NCBI GenBank assembly: GCA_951406725.2 | Contig: OX597824.1 | Span: 34,782,001-34,846,000 of the forward strand | Reading direction: 5' to 3' | Length of the DNA: 64,000 nucleotides | Source of the DNA: Octopus vulgaris | Lineage: Eukaryota | In this document: piece after piece, positions 1 to 11,455 of the stretch | Layout of the letters: the number at the start of each line of letters is the position of its first letter | Position numbering within the stretch: the first letter of the stretch is position 1 | Position numbers and translations under genes: made by a program | The notes under the pieces: generated by a model | Told to the model about the DNA's origin: nothing | Database searches by the model: none | Seen by the model: only the letters and a program-made list of their open reading frames with translations

Positions 1-1020
1 AGCTAATATTCAATTGGGTATACAACAAAATTTTACGATAGGATTTGTTATTCTGGGTAACTTTCTGATACCCATAATAATATTTATGGCAAAATAGTCT
101 TAATTTCATTTAAGGTTGTGGGAAACTACAAACTATCCTTTCTTTCGCTTTGTTTACATTTAGCGTAACGGATCGTTTCCGCCGTAATGATTTCAAATAG
201 GCTCATTCGAAAAAGTAAAAAGAAATAGTCTAAGGCTTTACTCTCCTGGGAAAGTCTGTGGCTTGGTCCAGTTTCTTCAGAAAAATCACCGAAAGAAACA
301 GTTTTTCAATTTTCACTCCATTCAGGTGCCAATTCATTTTCTTTATCGCTGTCGGAGCTGGGGTCCGAATGAAATCGGGTTATATTAACCAAAAGGTGAA
401 AAGGGGTATAAATGGGGCTGGAAGGGGATTAAAATTTAAAGGAGCGAGTGTTTAGGAATTCTCTGTTACATCAAGCTAAAAAAATTGCGCCAGCCTTTTA
501 ATCTTCAATGTGTTGCCGTCCATGATGAAGAGGTTTTGAATGCTTGCCATGGTGAGTCTACTGTCGTGAGAAAGAATCACTTCAAAACTTGGTGTTTACG
601 AACTTTCTTTTACATCAAGTTCAAAATTTTACGCCAGCCGTTAAACTGTCAATACGTTGCTGTCCGTCGTTAAGAAATGCCAGTCATGGTGACTCTACTA
701 TCTTCAGATTCTATCCCTTCAAACTTTGCTTTCCAATATTTTATTATTTTTATTCAGCTCGCAAGTTCGTCTGTCCCTTTTAAATGTTAGCGTTTTGCTG
801 TCTGCCTTGAAGCAGACCTTTCCGTTGCCACTGCCTGATATTTATGATTGATCTTTCTAAATATTTTATTTCTCAACTTACTCAAGATCTTTTGTTGTTT
901 ATAAATGGGAGAGAGATAGATAAAGATAGAGAGTAAGAGAAAGCGAGGGAGAGTCCGAGAGAAAAGAAAAGTAAGAGAATGGGAAATTGAGAGAGAAAGG
1001 AGAGAGAAACAAAGAGGGAG

Positions 1021-1342
1021 AATCATCATCATCATCATCATCATCATCGTTTAACGTCCGTTTTCCGTGCTAGCACGGGCTGGACAGTTTGACTGGGGTC
1101 TGGGAAGCCAGGAGGCTGCACCAGGCTCCAGTCTGATCTGGCAGTGTTTCTACAGGTGGATGACCTTCCTAACGCCAACCACTCTGTGAGTGTAGTGGGT
1201 GCTTTTTTCGTGCCGCCGGCACAGGTGCCAGGGGGGCTGGCAGCGGCAACAATCGGTTGGTGCTTTTTACGTGTCACTGTCACAGAAGCCAGTCAAGGCG
1301 GCGCTGCAATCGGCCACGTTCGGATGGTGCTTTTTACGTGCT
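1021..1342 (-). mobile_element. 5'-truncated RTE LINE 3' end / RTE-tail SINE
   Basis: (CAT)n tail followed by the reverse complement of the 3' UTR of the RTE at 30655-30890 (ttcctaacgccaaccactc..., tgctagcacggg). Confidence 0.8.
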
Positions 1343-1377
1343 GAAAGGAAGCAAAAGAAAGTAACAACCACACATTT

Positions 1378-1409
1378 ACCCGCGCGTAGAGCGGGTCACC
1401 TTCAGCTAG
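1378..1409 (+). mobile_element. Helitron-type 3' terminus
   Basis: GC-rich hairpin ACCCGC-gcgtaga-GCGGGT, then 9 nt, then CTAG followed by T. Confidence 0.55.
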
Positions 1410-1423
1410 TATATATATATATA

Positions 1424-1970
1424 TGTAGTCACCCTATACAACAGCGCGCGCGCGCAACGCCCTCTCGCGAATACACGAAGTCCGAAAGAGGGAATTTTGC
1501 TGACGTGGCCTTAGCAAGGGAGCGTGAGCCTTAACAAAGAGGCAAGGGAGCGTAAAGGTTGACCATTAGCGTCCGACAGACAGCGGCAGGCATTTCATTG
1601 AAGCAGACGTTTAATTCGCTCTCTCTCCGGTTTTGATAGCAGCAGTCTTTTGGCCGAAGACTTTTAACCTGAATTGTTGCAGTCAAATCATCTTCTTCAC
1701 CCGGACGCCATTTTTGACCCGTTCTGTTTTTGGCGGCTGGACATTGTAAATATTACAATCGATTAACTTTCAGTCTTGCGCGCCCAGAACCAAGGACATC
1801 AGATATACCACTGATTTCTCACCGGTATAAAACAATAAAGTATATCTATTTTTTACGTCTGCGTTTTGTGTTTCTTTGACTGGTAGAGTCTGGATATAAA
1901 GGCAACGGAAAGTGATTGCACCAACTTGCACCCCAAAAGTGCAAGCGGAGATATTCACATATTCCTTACA
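1424..1970 (+). repeat. 5' LTR (547 bp)
   Basis: TGTAGTC...CTTACA, a direct repeat of 6533-7135; contains TATAAAACAATAAA. Confidence 0.96.
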
Positions 1971-1971
1971 G

Positions 1972-1981
1972 TGGTGACCCC
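1972..1981 (+). promoter_or_regulatory. Primer-binding site, tRNA-Trp-like
   Basis: TGGTGACCCC 1 nt after the 5' LTR; matches the first 10 nt of the known tRNA-Trp PBS TGGTGACCCCGACGTGAT. Confidence 0.7.
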
Positions 1982-2420
1982 AAAGTTCCAGAGAACACTC
2001 AACAAAAAGAAAAAATCCAGTTTTCTGCCAAGTCTGAAACACGACCAACCTGTTTTCCAGTCCCTTTCAACAGTTTGTTTCTTCATCTGCACTCACGCAC
2101 GGAAGAAAAAAAAAAAAAAAAGAGAAGAAATTTTTTTCTCGATTAAAACGCGACGAAGGTTGGTAAAAACAAAAAAAAAGAAAAGAATTTTTTTCTATTC
2201 TCTGTGCACACAGTACAAACAAAAAAAAAACCAAAAAAAAAAAACATTTTTTTTTGTAAATTGCACATTCAAAATTTATTGGTTCAATTGTTGGTCTTTC
2301 TTTCTTTCTTCCTTTCTTTTTTCCCTTTGTTTTTCCTTGTTGCGTCTGTTCAGCGTTGGTTCGTTGTCAGTTTTCTTTTTTCCATTTGACAGAGTCATCT
2401 AGTGAATAAAAGGCTACAAA

Positions 2421-3127
2421 ATGTTTATGGGTTCGTTACCTACTTTTACAGGTGATGCCACACTGTGGTTTTCACAGTTAGAGGCACAATTTCGTGCACA
2501 AAGTATTACTCCCGAGCAGCAGTTGGAAATCCTTTATGGTTGCATGCCGCCGCAACTGGCATCTTCAGCAAGGGACCTTATTACAGACCCTAGTCCAGGC
2601 GCTACTTATGCGTCTGTTAGATTAGAGGTTGAAAAAAGAAATACACGAAGCGAGGAAAGTCGTTTCAATGAGTTAATGGCAGATGAGCAACTAGGGGACA
2701 GAACTCCGTCAGAATTTTTACGAAGACTGAGGGAGTTAAGTGGTAATGCATCAGATGCCCCCCTCCTTCGGAAGATTTTTTTCTCGAGGTTGCCCGCCTA
2801 TATACAGACCGTTTTGGCAACCGGCTTAGAGACAAATACAGTGGACCAAATAGCGACGATGGTTGAATTTGCCGTTCAACCATCGTCACGGTCTGCTTGT
2901 GCCTGTTCACAGACCTCTTCGGCCTCAATTGAGGGGCTTTCTAAACTAATAGAAACCCTCACTAAAAGGATGGACGCGATGGTAAGCGATCTTCAAAATC
3001 GCGAAGTCGCAGTCGTTCATCCTCGAGATCAACACAGTCTAAGTCTGGACTGTGTTGGTACCACTCCAAGTATGGAGAGAATGCACATAGGTGCACACAG
3101 CCATGCACTTATAAGTCTTTAAACTAG
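2421..3127 (+). pseudogene. gag: Gypsy gag (frameshift near 2990)
   Basis: LWFSQLEAQF and LGDRTPSEFLRRLR gag motifs. The C-terminal SRSRS...LCWYHSKYGENAHRCTQPC knuckle lies in another frame and ends at TAG 3125-3127. Confidence 0.85.
3118..3124 (+). other. -1 ribosomal frameshift slippery site (gag-pol)
   Basis: T TTA AAC directly before the gag TAG; the -1 frame (TTT AAA CTA GAT TCG GAG AAT TTG) is in frame with pol at 3139. Confidence 0.8.
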
Positions 3128-3138
3128 ATTCGGAGAAT

Positions 3139-6100
3139 TTGAGCACGTCAACTTCCTCCACAACATTTTCTGGTTATCGTGCATTCTTTGTTAAAGATCT
3201 AGTGTCGAAGAAAAACTTCATGGTAGACACTGGTTCTTGTTGCAGTATTTGGCCTCTGCGTTGCACAACTGACAGGCCAAAGCAATCTAACGTCATCTTG
3301 CACGCTATTGACTTGTCACCAATAGCCACATTCGGTCAGATGTCGTTGCGCCTTGATATTGGTCTTCGACGAGACTTTCGATGGGTTTTTGTCATTGCCG
3401 ACATTCCGCATCCTATTTTAGGTGCGGATTTTCTGGATAAATTTGATTTGTTGGTAGATGTCAGACGTCGGAGGTTGGTCGATAGTTCGACTACACTCTC
3501 CACGCCGACCGGAGAATCTACCAATTTAGCTCTTAGCCCGACATTTTTTGTCGGTACATCTGGAGATGTTTTTCACTCTCTTCTAGCTTCTTTTCTAGAG
3601 CTATATGATGTTACCTTTAGGGTGGCTAAGCCATTGCATTCGACACGACACTTTATAACAACAACTGGACCTCCTGTTTTTTCACGTCCAAGGCGTCTTG
3701 CACCTGATCGACTTAAAACTGCTAGGGCTGAGTTTGAGCATATGCTCCAGCTCGGTCTGATACGCCCCTCCACCAGTCCATGGGCATCTCCCCTTCATTT
3801 AGTAAGAAAAGGGGATACAGATTTTCGCCCGGTGGGAGATTATCGGCGTCTAAATTCGGTGACGATTCCAGACAAATATCCCATAAGGATTTTAAACGAT
3901 TTTTCGGCAAATTTACATGGCTGAACTATTTTTTCAAAGGTTGACCTGATACGTGCCTACCATCAAATACCGGTCAACTCAGACGATATTCCTAAAACAG
4001 CAATTACTACTCCTTTTGGCTGTTTCGAATTTTTATTTATGAGTTTTGGTTTGAGGAATGCCACTAGTACTTTCCAACGGTTTATAGATGAAGTTGTTCG
4101 CGGACTGGATTTTGTGTTCGCGTATGTCGATGACATTCTAATCGCAAGTGATACGCATGAAAATCATCTCCTGCACTTGTCTCAGCTTTTTCAGCGTCTT
4201 CGCGACTATGGTGTTCGCATTAATCCAGACAAGTGTGTTTTTGGGCAACCATCTCTTAATTTTCTCGGTCATTATATTGACTCGAGAGGAATCAAACCAC
4301 TCTCATCCAAAGTCGATGCTATTCAGCGCATCGCACCACCTTCTTCTTTGCGTCAACTTCGCCATTTTTTAGGCATAGTAAATTTCTATAGACGTTTCAT
4401 AGATCGGTGTGCGGACAAGTTGTTACCTTTAACACAAATGCTAAAGGGCAATTCCAAGAAGGACGCCCGTCTAACTCTTTCGGCTGAAGCACTGTCTGCC
4501 TTTGAGTTGGTTAAAAAGGAACTGGCTTCAGTCCCTATTTTGGCACATCCGGCTCCTAATGCTCCACTTACTTTATCTGTGGACGCATCAGAGTCTGCAA
4601 TTGGCGCTGTTTTGCAGCACACCGTAGAGGGTGAAGTTAAACCTTTAGCTTTCTTTTCTTGTCAGCTAAAGCCAGCTGAACGCAGATATAGTACCTTTGA
4701 TCGAGAGTTACTAGCGATCTATCTGTCAGTTCGGCATTTTCAACACCAGCTCGAGGGACGAGAGTTTGTGATTTATACTGATCACAAGCCCCTTACTTTT
4801 GCTTTATCTTCTAAAACGGATAAACTCTCTCCTCGTGCTTTCCGTCACCTGGACTATATTTCTCAATTTACAAGTGACATTAGGCATGTGCCAGGCAGTG
4901 AGAACGTCCCTGCAGATGCTCTCTCTAGACTCCCTGTCAATTCCATTTCCTCTCCTGCAGCAATTGATTTAACTGCTATTTCGCAGGATCAACCACCTTT
5001 AGAGGAGTTGGATTTAACTTCGCTTAAGTTTATTAACTGTAAGTTTGACTACCTTCCGCTCCCTACAGCGGAAGGCTCTATTCTTTGTGACGTTTCTACC
5101 GGTTCACCTAGACCATTAGTACCTGAGAAACATCAACGTTCCGTGTTTGATGCTCTTCATTCACTGTCACATCCAGGTATCTCTGCCACAGTAAAGCTTG
5201 TTACTGCTCGGTTCTTCTGGCCCAATATGCGACGATCAATTACCTCTTGGGCACGCTCTTGTTTGAGGTGCCAGAGTGCTAAAGTCCATAGACACGTTCG
5301 TGCTCCACTTGGAAAATTTTCCTCTCCTGAAGCCCGTTTTCGCCATATCCACCTTGATTTGGTTGGACCATGGCCTGTGAGTCGCGGGTTCTCATACATT
5401 TTAACTTGTATTGATCGTTTTTCACGCTGGCCGGAAGCTATTCCTATAGCAGACATTTCAGCTGAAACTGTTGCGAGGGCTTTCGTATCTAATTGGATTT
5501 CGAGGTATGGTGTACCGTACAGTTTAACCACAGATCGTGGTCGACAATTCGAGTCTGCATTGTTTCGTGAGTTATCACGAATCCTGGGGATGCATCATAT
5601 ACGCACCACAAGTTACCACCCCGCTTCTAATGGGATGGTGGAGCGTTTCCATAGGCAACTTAAGGCCGCTTTGCGTGCCTCGCCGAATCCACAGTCATGG
5701 ACTGAATTTCTACCGATCGTCCTGCTTGGATGTCGGACTGCGATTAAAGCAGACCTTGGTTTTTCGTCTGCCGAGCTCTTGTATGGTACCACACTGGCAT
5801 TGCCTGTTGGTGCCAGACAAGTCACAGTCTCTTAATTTAGAGTCTTATGTTGCTCGATTACGCAGATATTTTTCTGCCCTTCCTCCTATGGACCCTCGAC
5901 ACCAAAATCCTCCTTCTAGTGTGCCATCAGACCTTAATTCTTGGACGCATGTTTTTATTCGTGATGATTCTGTCAAAGGACCTCTTGTTTCTCCTTATAA
6001 AGGACCTTTTCGTGTGATTTCTCGCACGCCGAAGGTATTCAAACTTGAAATTAACGGTCGTTCGGAGACCGTCTCCGTAGATCGTCTTAAAAGGGCATAT

Positions 6101-6322
6101 TTTGAGGTGTCCACATCTTTTAATGACCCCACTGCCACAACCATCGTTGAACCTTCACATGCACCTTTGACAACACCACTATTTACACATGCACCATTAT
6201 CAACACCAACATCGACAACACCACCTTCGTCGTCGCAGCCTGCCTCGAACAGACCTTATGTTACGAGGTCAGGCAGAACTGTTCACTGGCCGAAAAAACT
6301 TTCCAAAACTATTTATATTTGA
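3139..6322 (+). pseudogene. pol: Gypsy pol (protease, RT, RNase H, integrase); in-frame TGA 3922-3924 and frameshift near 5805
   Basis: VDTGS protease, SPWASPL, YVDD RT, DAS/TDHKPL RNase H, HHCC, the DLVG/TDRG/VER integrase triad and a GPF (GPY/F) module. Confidence 0.95.
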
Positions 6323-6520
6323 CATTTTCAATTGACTTCCCAGTGACAGTTCAGTACTCATTGAACTTTGCTCATTTGGAGTATTTTTTCTCTTTTTACC
6401 TTTAAGGTGAATTTTTTTTTTGCTGTTTAATGTATTATATTGTGTGCTATTTTTGGTTATCTGGTGTCCACCTTGAGTTTTATGGTCACTACAAGGAATT
6501 GTTGTTCGTGCTTAGGCACT

Positions 6521-6529
6521 GGAGGGGAG
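6521..6529 (+). promoter_or_regulatory. Polypurine tract
   Basis: GGAGGGGAG just before the 3' LTR. Confidence 0.8.
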
Positions 6530-6532
6530 CTT

Positions 6533-7132
6533 TGTAGTCACCCTATACAACAGCGCGCGCGCGCACCGCCCTCTCGCGAATACACGAAGTCCGAAAGAGG
6601 GAATTTTGCTGACGTGGCCTTGCTGACGTGGCCTTGCTGACGTGGCCTTGCTGACGTGGCCTTGCTGACGTGGCCTTAGCAAGGGAGCGTGAGCCTTAAC
6701 AAAGAGGCAAGGGAGCGTAAAGGTTGACCATTAGCGTCCGACAGACAGCGGCAGGCATTTCATTGAAGCAGACGTTTAATTCGCTCTCTCTCCGGTTTTG
6801 ATAGCAGCAGTCTTTTGGCCGAAGACTTTTAACCTGAATTGTTGCAGTCAAATCATCTTCTTCACCCGGACGCCATTTTTGACCCGTTCTGTTTTTGGCG
6901 GCTGGACATTGTAAATATTACAATCGATTAACTTTCAGTCTTGCGCGCCCAGAACCAAGGACATCAGATATACCACTGATTTCTCACCGGTATAAAACAA
7001 TAAAGTATATCTATTTTTTACGTCTGCGTTTTGTGTTTCTTTGACTGGTAGAGTCTGGATATAAAGGCAACGGAAAGTGATTGCACCAACTTGCACCCCA
7101 AAAGTGCAAGCGGAGATATTCACATATTCCTT

Positions 7133-7135
<3 letters not shown>
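6533..7135 (+). repeat. 3' LTR (603 bp) with five copies of a 14-bp unit at 6607-6676
   Basis: Matches the 5' LTR apart from one substitution I could see and four extra TGCTGACGTGGCCT units (56 bp, equal to the length difference). Confidence 0.96.
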
Positions 7136-7169
<34 letters not shown>

Positions 7170-7194
<25 letters not shown>

Positions 7195-7360
7195 CTGTGT
7201 TTGTCCCCCAACATCGCTGGTGTGTTTACGTCCCCGTAACATTAGCGGTTCGGCAAAAGTGACCGATAGAATAAGTCCTGGGGTCGATTTGCTCGACTAA
7301 AGGCGGTGCTCCAGCATACTTACAGTCAAATGACTGAAACAAGTCAAAGAGTAAAAGAGA
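7170..7360 (+). mobile_element. 3' half of the abundant tRNA-derived SINE
   Basis: (TG)n plus ctggtgtgtttacgtccccgtaac...aaggcggtgctccagcat...tgactgaaacaag, shared with 59546-59937. Confidence 0.8.
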
Positions 7361-7565
7361 GAGTATATATCCGGGTCATAGTGGGCAGCACATTTTTTCT
7401 GTCTATTTATTCTGAAGATTTGGATTCTAGTTTATTTCGGAAGGCAGACGCCAATATAATGATGTTGCTGGAGTAGTTATTATCTTGACAATGATCTGAC
7501 TAAAGCTATTCTTATTTACTGCATCGGTATTTCAATCTCGACTAAATTTGTTACAGAAAGACACT

Positions 7566-7628
7566 ATGAAACGATTTTCAACGGTAGTTATCCTGGCACT
7601 GTTGTTTATTTGCAACCTGGCAGATACT
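7566..7628 (+). CDS. IL-17 receptor-like gene, signal-peptide exon
   Basis: MKRFSTVVILALLFICNLADT (basic N-terminus plus hydrophobic core), then a GTAAGT donor in phase 0; upstream acceptor ttacag ends at 7556. Confidence 0.7.
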
Positions 7629-7844
7629 GTAAGTGTGACAATTAATGCAACAATTTCAATTTGGCAATTAATGTATTTTTATCTTATTATCCAGGTATTT
7701 CTGCTTCATCTTTTGAACGAACTGTTTTTTTATGACATTTGTTTTTTCAAGTTGATTTTTCCTTTCAAACCGACGTAATTTATTTTATCATTTATGTTTA
7801 TAAATATGACAGTCATAAAATGAATTAGCAGCGATTTATTTCTA

Positions 7845-8495
7845 CGAGGTAGTGGGTAGCGAACTTCTTCACTACTTCAGGGAGTGACGATCCTGCCTGA
7901 CACGATTTCCGGGCTCAGCTGGCTCCGGCTGACAGTACCCGGTATGGGCCCCTATCCAGGGTTACGGAAAGGAGACAACCTTCAAAGAAATCCGGAGTGG
8001 AGCCCCGAAGGCGGTCTAGTGTTCGACTCGACACTCTTCCGGCAGCTCCTGCAACCAAGCTGGTGCCAAACGTAATGCACTGCACTCCACTGGACTACAT
8101 CAGCAAGGTCGAGAGAGGAAACCTGACGATTGGGCTACCCAGGACTTTCTTATCTATAGCCCAGGCCTGCGCAAAACTGGAGAGGACACTTCAGTGATGC
8201 TGTAAAAAGCTGCAGAAACAACACGGGAGGTAACAGTCACGAGTGATAAGTCCATTCAGATTGGCGTAAAATATGGGCGCTACGGGTTACCTCTGACGGT
8301 GGGAGGGACCTCCGTGTCCTATTGGTTAGCTACTGCCCACCTCAAGCTGGGCAGCCCCCAGTTAATAAGGTGCTGACCCGCCACAAGCCGCCTGCTCCAT
8401 TGGGTGCTTGGAGCTAAGAGTATGACTCGAAAAGCGGCCTGCAACCTCTGCACCAGGCAAGCAACTAAAAGTCAAGCTACTATTTCTACGAACTC
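7845..8495 (+). mobile_element. GC-rich retroelement 5' UTR fragment, probably RTE clade
   Basis: Abrupt GC-rich island whose motifs recall RTE 5' UTRs; it ends near a possible APE-like ORF start. Confidence 0.4.
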
Positions 8496-8800
8496 AACTT
8501 GTTTAACCATTCTATATAAATCTATATTTGTTTTCTCTTTCTTCTCTTTGCCTTTTCTTTATTTTTTGTTTTGTTTTTGTTCCGCTTTTTCTTTTCTTTT
8601 TGGTTTTGTTCCTTTTTTCCCCCTTTTCTCTGTCTTTCTTTTGTCAAACCAATATTGAGGTGGAAAATCTGGTAAGAAGTATGTTCTAAAATTTAAATTT
8701 ATAATTCCTTCTGCTAAATATTAATAAAAGTGATATTTTCTGAGGGGAAAAAAGTTAATAGTAATACAGTTAACTATAATCTACATGTAAGTAATATTTT

Positions 8801-8884
8801 GGCGAAGGTAAAGAATGCGCCCACCCGTGTTTAGGGTTAGGGTTACGCCGAAAACGGGTGGTGTGCGGATTCTTTACCTCTGCC
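8801..8884. mobile_element. Tiny MITE with internal TTAGGG repeats
   Basis: Imperfect TIRs GGCGAAGGTAAAGAAT / ATTCTTTACCTCTGCC; taatattt on both flanks. Confidence 0.65.
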
Positions 8885-9227
8885 TAATATTTAATTATAC
8901 TATAATTAGATTATACTGTAATTAAATTAGTCGACGTATAATTTTATATATTATATGCTCATTGAGACTATTCAATAACCGTTAGTGGTAAATCGAAGTT
9001 CAATGAAGCATCACTCATCATCTTGTATTGACACCTGTTGGATTATCAGAGCATCACCACAACCAGAATTTGTTATGCTAGGCCAGGCCTACTGAAGTAG
9101 ACTTCTAACCAACTAAACGCACCCCAACTGTGACTATCCCGTCTTTTCCTCTGTACAGGAAGCCTCAAAGCACTTTTCCCTCATGTCCTTATCCAAGGCG
9201 ATAAGCAGTGATTTAATGAAAATTGGC

Positions 9228-9653
9228 GGATATTTTCGGTTTGAACGGCAGTTTTTTAAAATAATTTCCACGTAACTAAACACTTTTAAACTTCGTATAC
9301 TGGTAGAATGTGTTTATAAAACATCTTTTTCTTTTGGCTTTATTGAGAAAATTCTATAGTGTGTAAGATATTTGTTGTTGTTTTTTCTTCAATTTGTGCA
9401 ATTTCAATGACGTCTATTGAGGTGAAAACATTCTGTGCCGTATAAATATGTCCCTCGTTTAAGAAACAGATTGGGTTTATTTACATTTCTGAAGAAAAAA
9501 AAATCCAGATTCCTTTCCTCCTAACCCTAACCCTCACTAACCCTAACCCTAAAACAGATTGAAATGCAATAGATCGATACTAGGGTCATAATTATGGGTG
9601 ACAATGTCATATGACACCGCTAGAAAAAACTGCCGTTCAAATCGAAAAGATCC
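9228..9653. mobile_element. Merlin-like MITE with 8-bp TSD and internal (CCCTAA)n
   Basis: TIRs of about 29 bp (GGATATTTTCGGTTTGAACGGCAGTTTTT / AAAAACTGCCGTTCAAATCGAAAAGATCC); perfect TSD AAATTGGC at 9220-9227 and 9654-9661. Confidence 0.85.
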
Positions 9654-9904
9654 AAATTGGCTGCTATTTCTAGCGGGTCAAGCGATTACGCAGGAAGAGG
9701 GCCTTTCGTTGGTTTGTCAAACACTTAAGTCAACAAATAAAACGAACGTGGCTGTGGTTTCAGTTTTACAGTTACTTTGGGGAAGAAAAAAAACCTAATT
9801 AGTTTCCTCACAGTCTGGAAACGTGACATCAATGCACACACACACACACACACACACACTGTATTTTTACACATACATATATATTTTTTCTTTTATCTCT
9901 TTTA

Positions 9905-10305
9905 CATGTTTCAGCCCAAAGGCTGTGGCCATGCGGGAGCACCACCAGTGAGGTCACCTTTTCAGTGACCATTCTTCTGTGATTGTTTTTGGTGAAAAAG
10001 GGAGTTCAACACAGCTTCTTTCCTTTGAGTTTCTTGCCTTGATACAGCTTCATCTGGGACCTTGGACAGCAGGAGATCAAGTTGTTTCTTGAAAACGTCC
10101 ATCCCCACTCCATGAAGATCCCTCAGATATTTTGGCAAGGCATTCAATAACTGTGGGCCCTTGAATCCTACTATAGTACATGGTCCTCACTCTAGACAGT
10201 GTGGCTGAGAGCTTTAGAACAGTTCAGTAACATCCAGTTTGGGGGTTAGTAAAGCTCTTAATGCCAGAGTTTGGTACCAGGCCTTCCAGGATTTCCGATA
10301 CATAT
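9905..10305 (-). mobile_element. CR1-group LINE 3' fragment
   Basis: IWKILEGLVPN...GPQLLNALPKYLRDL...FKKQLDLLLSKVPDE C-terminus. Confidence 0.75.
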
Positions 10306-11222
10306 ATAGTAGCTGTCGGCTGTTCAAGAGCATGTTATCAAATGGAAAAACAGTATGAATCACCATAAGACATTTTTGTGTATAAATATATTGTTTATTT
10401 CGTGTTCACCTTTTGTGATAGAAGCATGTAGTATGATACAAAAACGTGTGTTTACATACAAAGAAAGTTTTGATTTTTGCTTTTGCACTGAAAGAAGTAA
10501 CATATAATATTTGTATTGCAGTATGTATGCATGCGTGTAAAGAGAACAGTCATTTTGAGAATGTGCGTATGATAAAGTATCTTCATTTATGAACCATATA
10601 TCTTGTGTTGAGGTGAATAGACATGTGAGTTGATCTGGGAGATTACATGTAGAGCTGCAGAGAGGACTTATGTTTTTGACTGAAGCCTAGCAGGAACTGA
10701 GAGTTTCTACAGTGTAACTCAGAATGAGGCTACTGTATCAAAAAGCGAGGCTAGATGCCTCATCGATATATTCGTCTGCTGTGCGGGTCAACTCACATAT
10801 TACTATGTAACATGTAGCTCTGCTACATAGCCTCCTGCTAGACTTGAAAGAGTTGGAAAAAAATACAGATGGCGTATGTAAATATGCAGTGCAAAAAGCA
10901 AGTAAGAACATGGAATACAAGCAGAATGATGCAATATAACAAAATATGAGAAACTGAAATGAAAGGACAAATCATGGTAACGGTAAACAGAATATGAACA
11001 CATAGAAATAAGCAAAATGTTCAAGTCTGTTATGTAAAGTTCGAAGGAATACTGTGAAGAACGAAACTGCGTCATTGGTGATATGTGTTGAAAAGTCTTT
11101 GGTAAGTTCACAAATAGTTCATTATAGCTCAGATGTATATAGTTTTAGACAGCTTGGTGGACCAATGTACATGTTTCATGTTGTACTGTGAATGTAGGGG
11201 GTGTATGAGGTGGTATTGTATC

Positions 11223-11455
11223 AAGGCGGCGAGCTGGCAGAAGCGTTAGCACGTCGGGCAAAATGCTTAACAGTATTTCGTCTGCTGCTATGTTCTGCGT
11301 TCAAATTCCGCCGAGGTCGACTTTGCCTTTCATCCTTTCAGGGTTGATTAAATAAGTACCAGTTACGCACTGGGGTCGATATAATGGACTTAATCTGTTT
11401 GTCTGTCCTTGTTTGTCCTCTCTGTGTTTAGTCCCTTGTGGGTAGTAAAGAAATA
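11223..11455 (+). mobile_element. tRNA-derived SINE (second family), tail interrupted by the mariner
   Basis: tRNA-like head with a gttcaaatt B-box; core gactttgcctttcatcc...aaataagtaccag; tail aaagaaata resumes as ggtat after the mariner. Confidence 0.75.

Larger units (their letters stand above)
1424..7135 (+). mobile_element. Ty3/Gypsy LTR retrotransposon, structurally complete and young, with disrupted ORFs
   Basis: Paired TG...CA LTRs, PBS, PPT, and gag plus pol in the order PR-RT-RH-IN. Confidence 0.97.

Noticed and set aside
248-258. NF-kB-like GGGAAAGTCT upstream of the receptor gene
   Set aside because: Imperfect single match that is expected by chance; the TSS is unknown.
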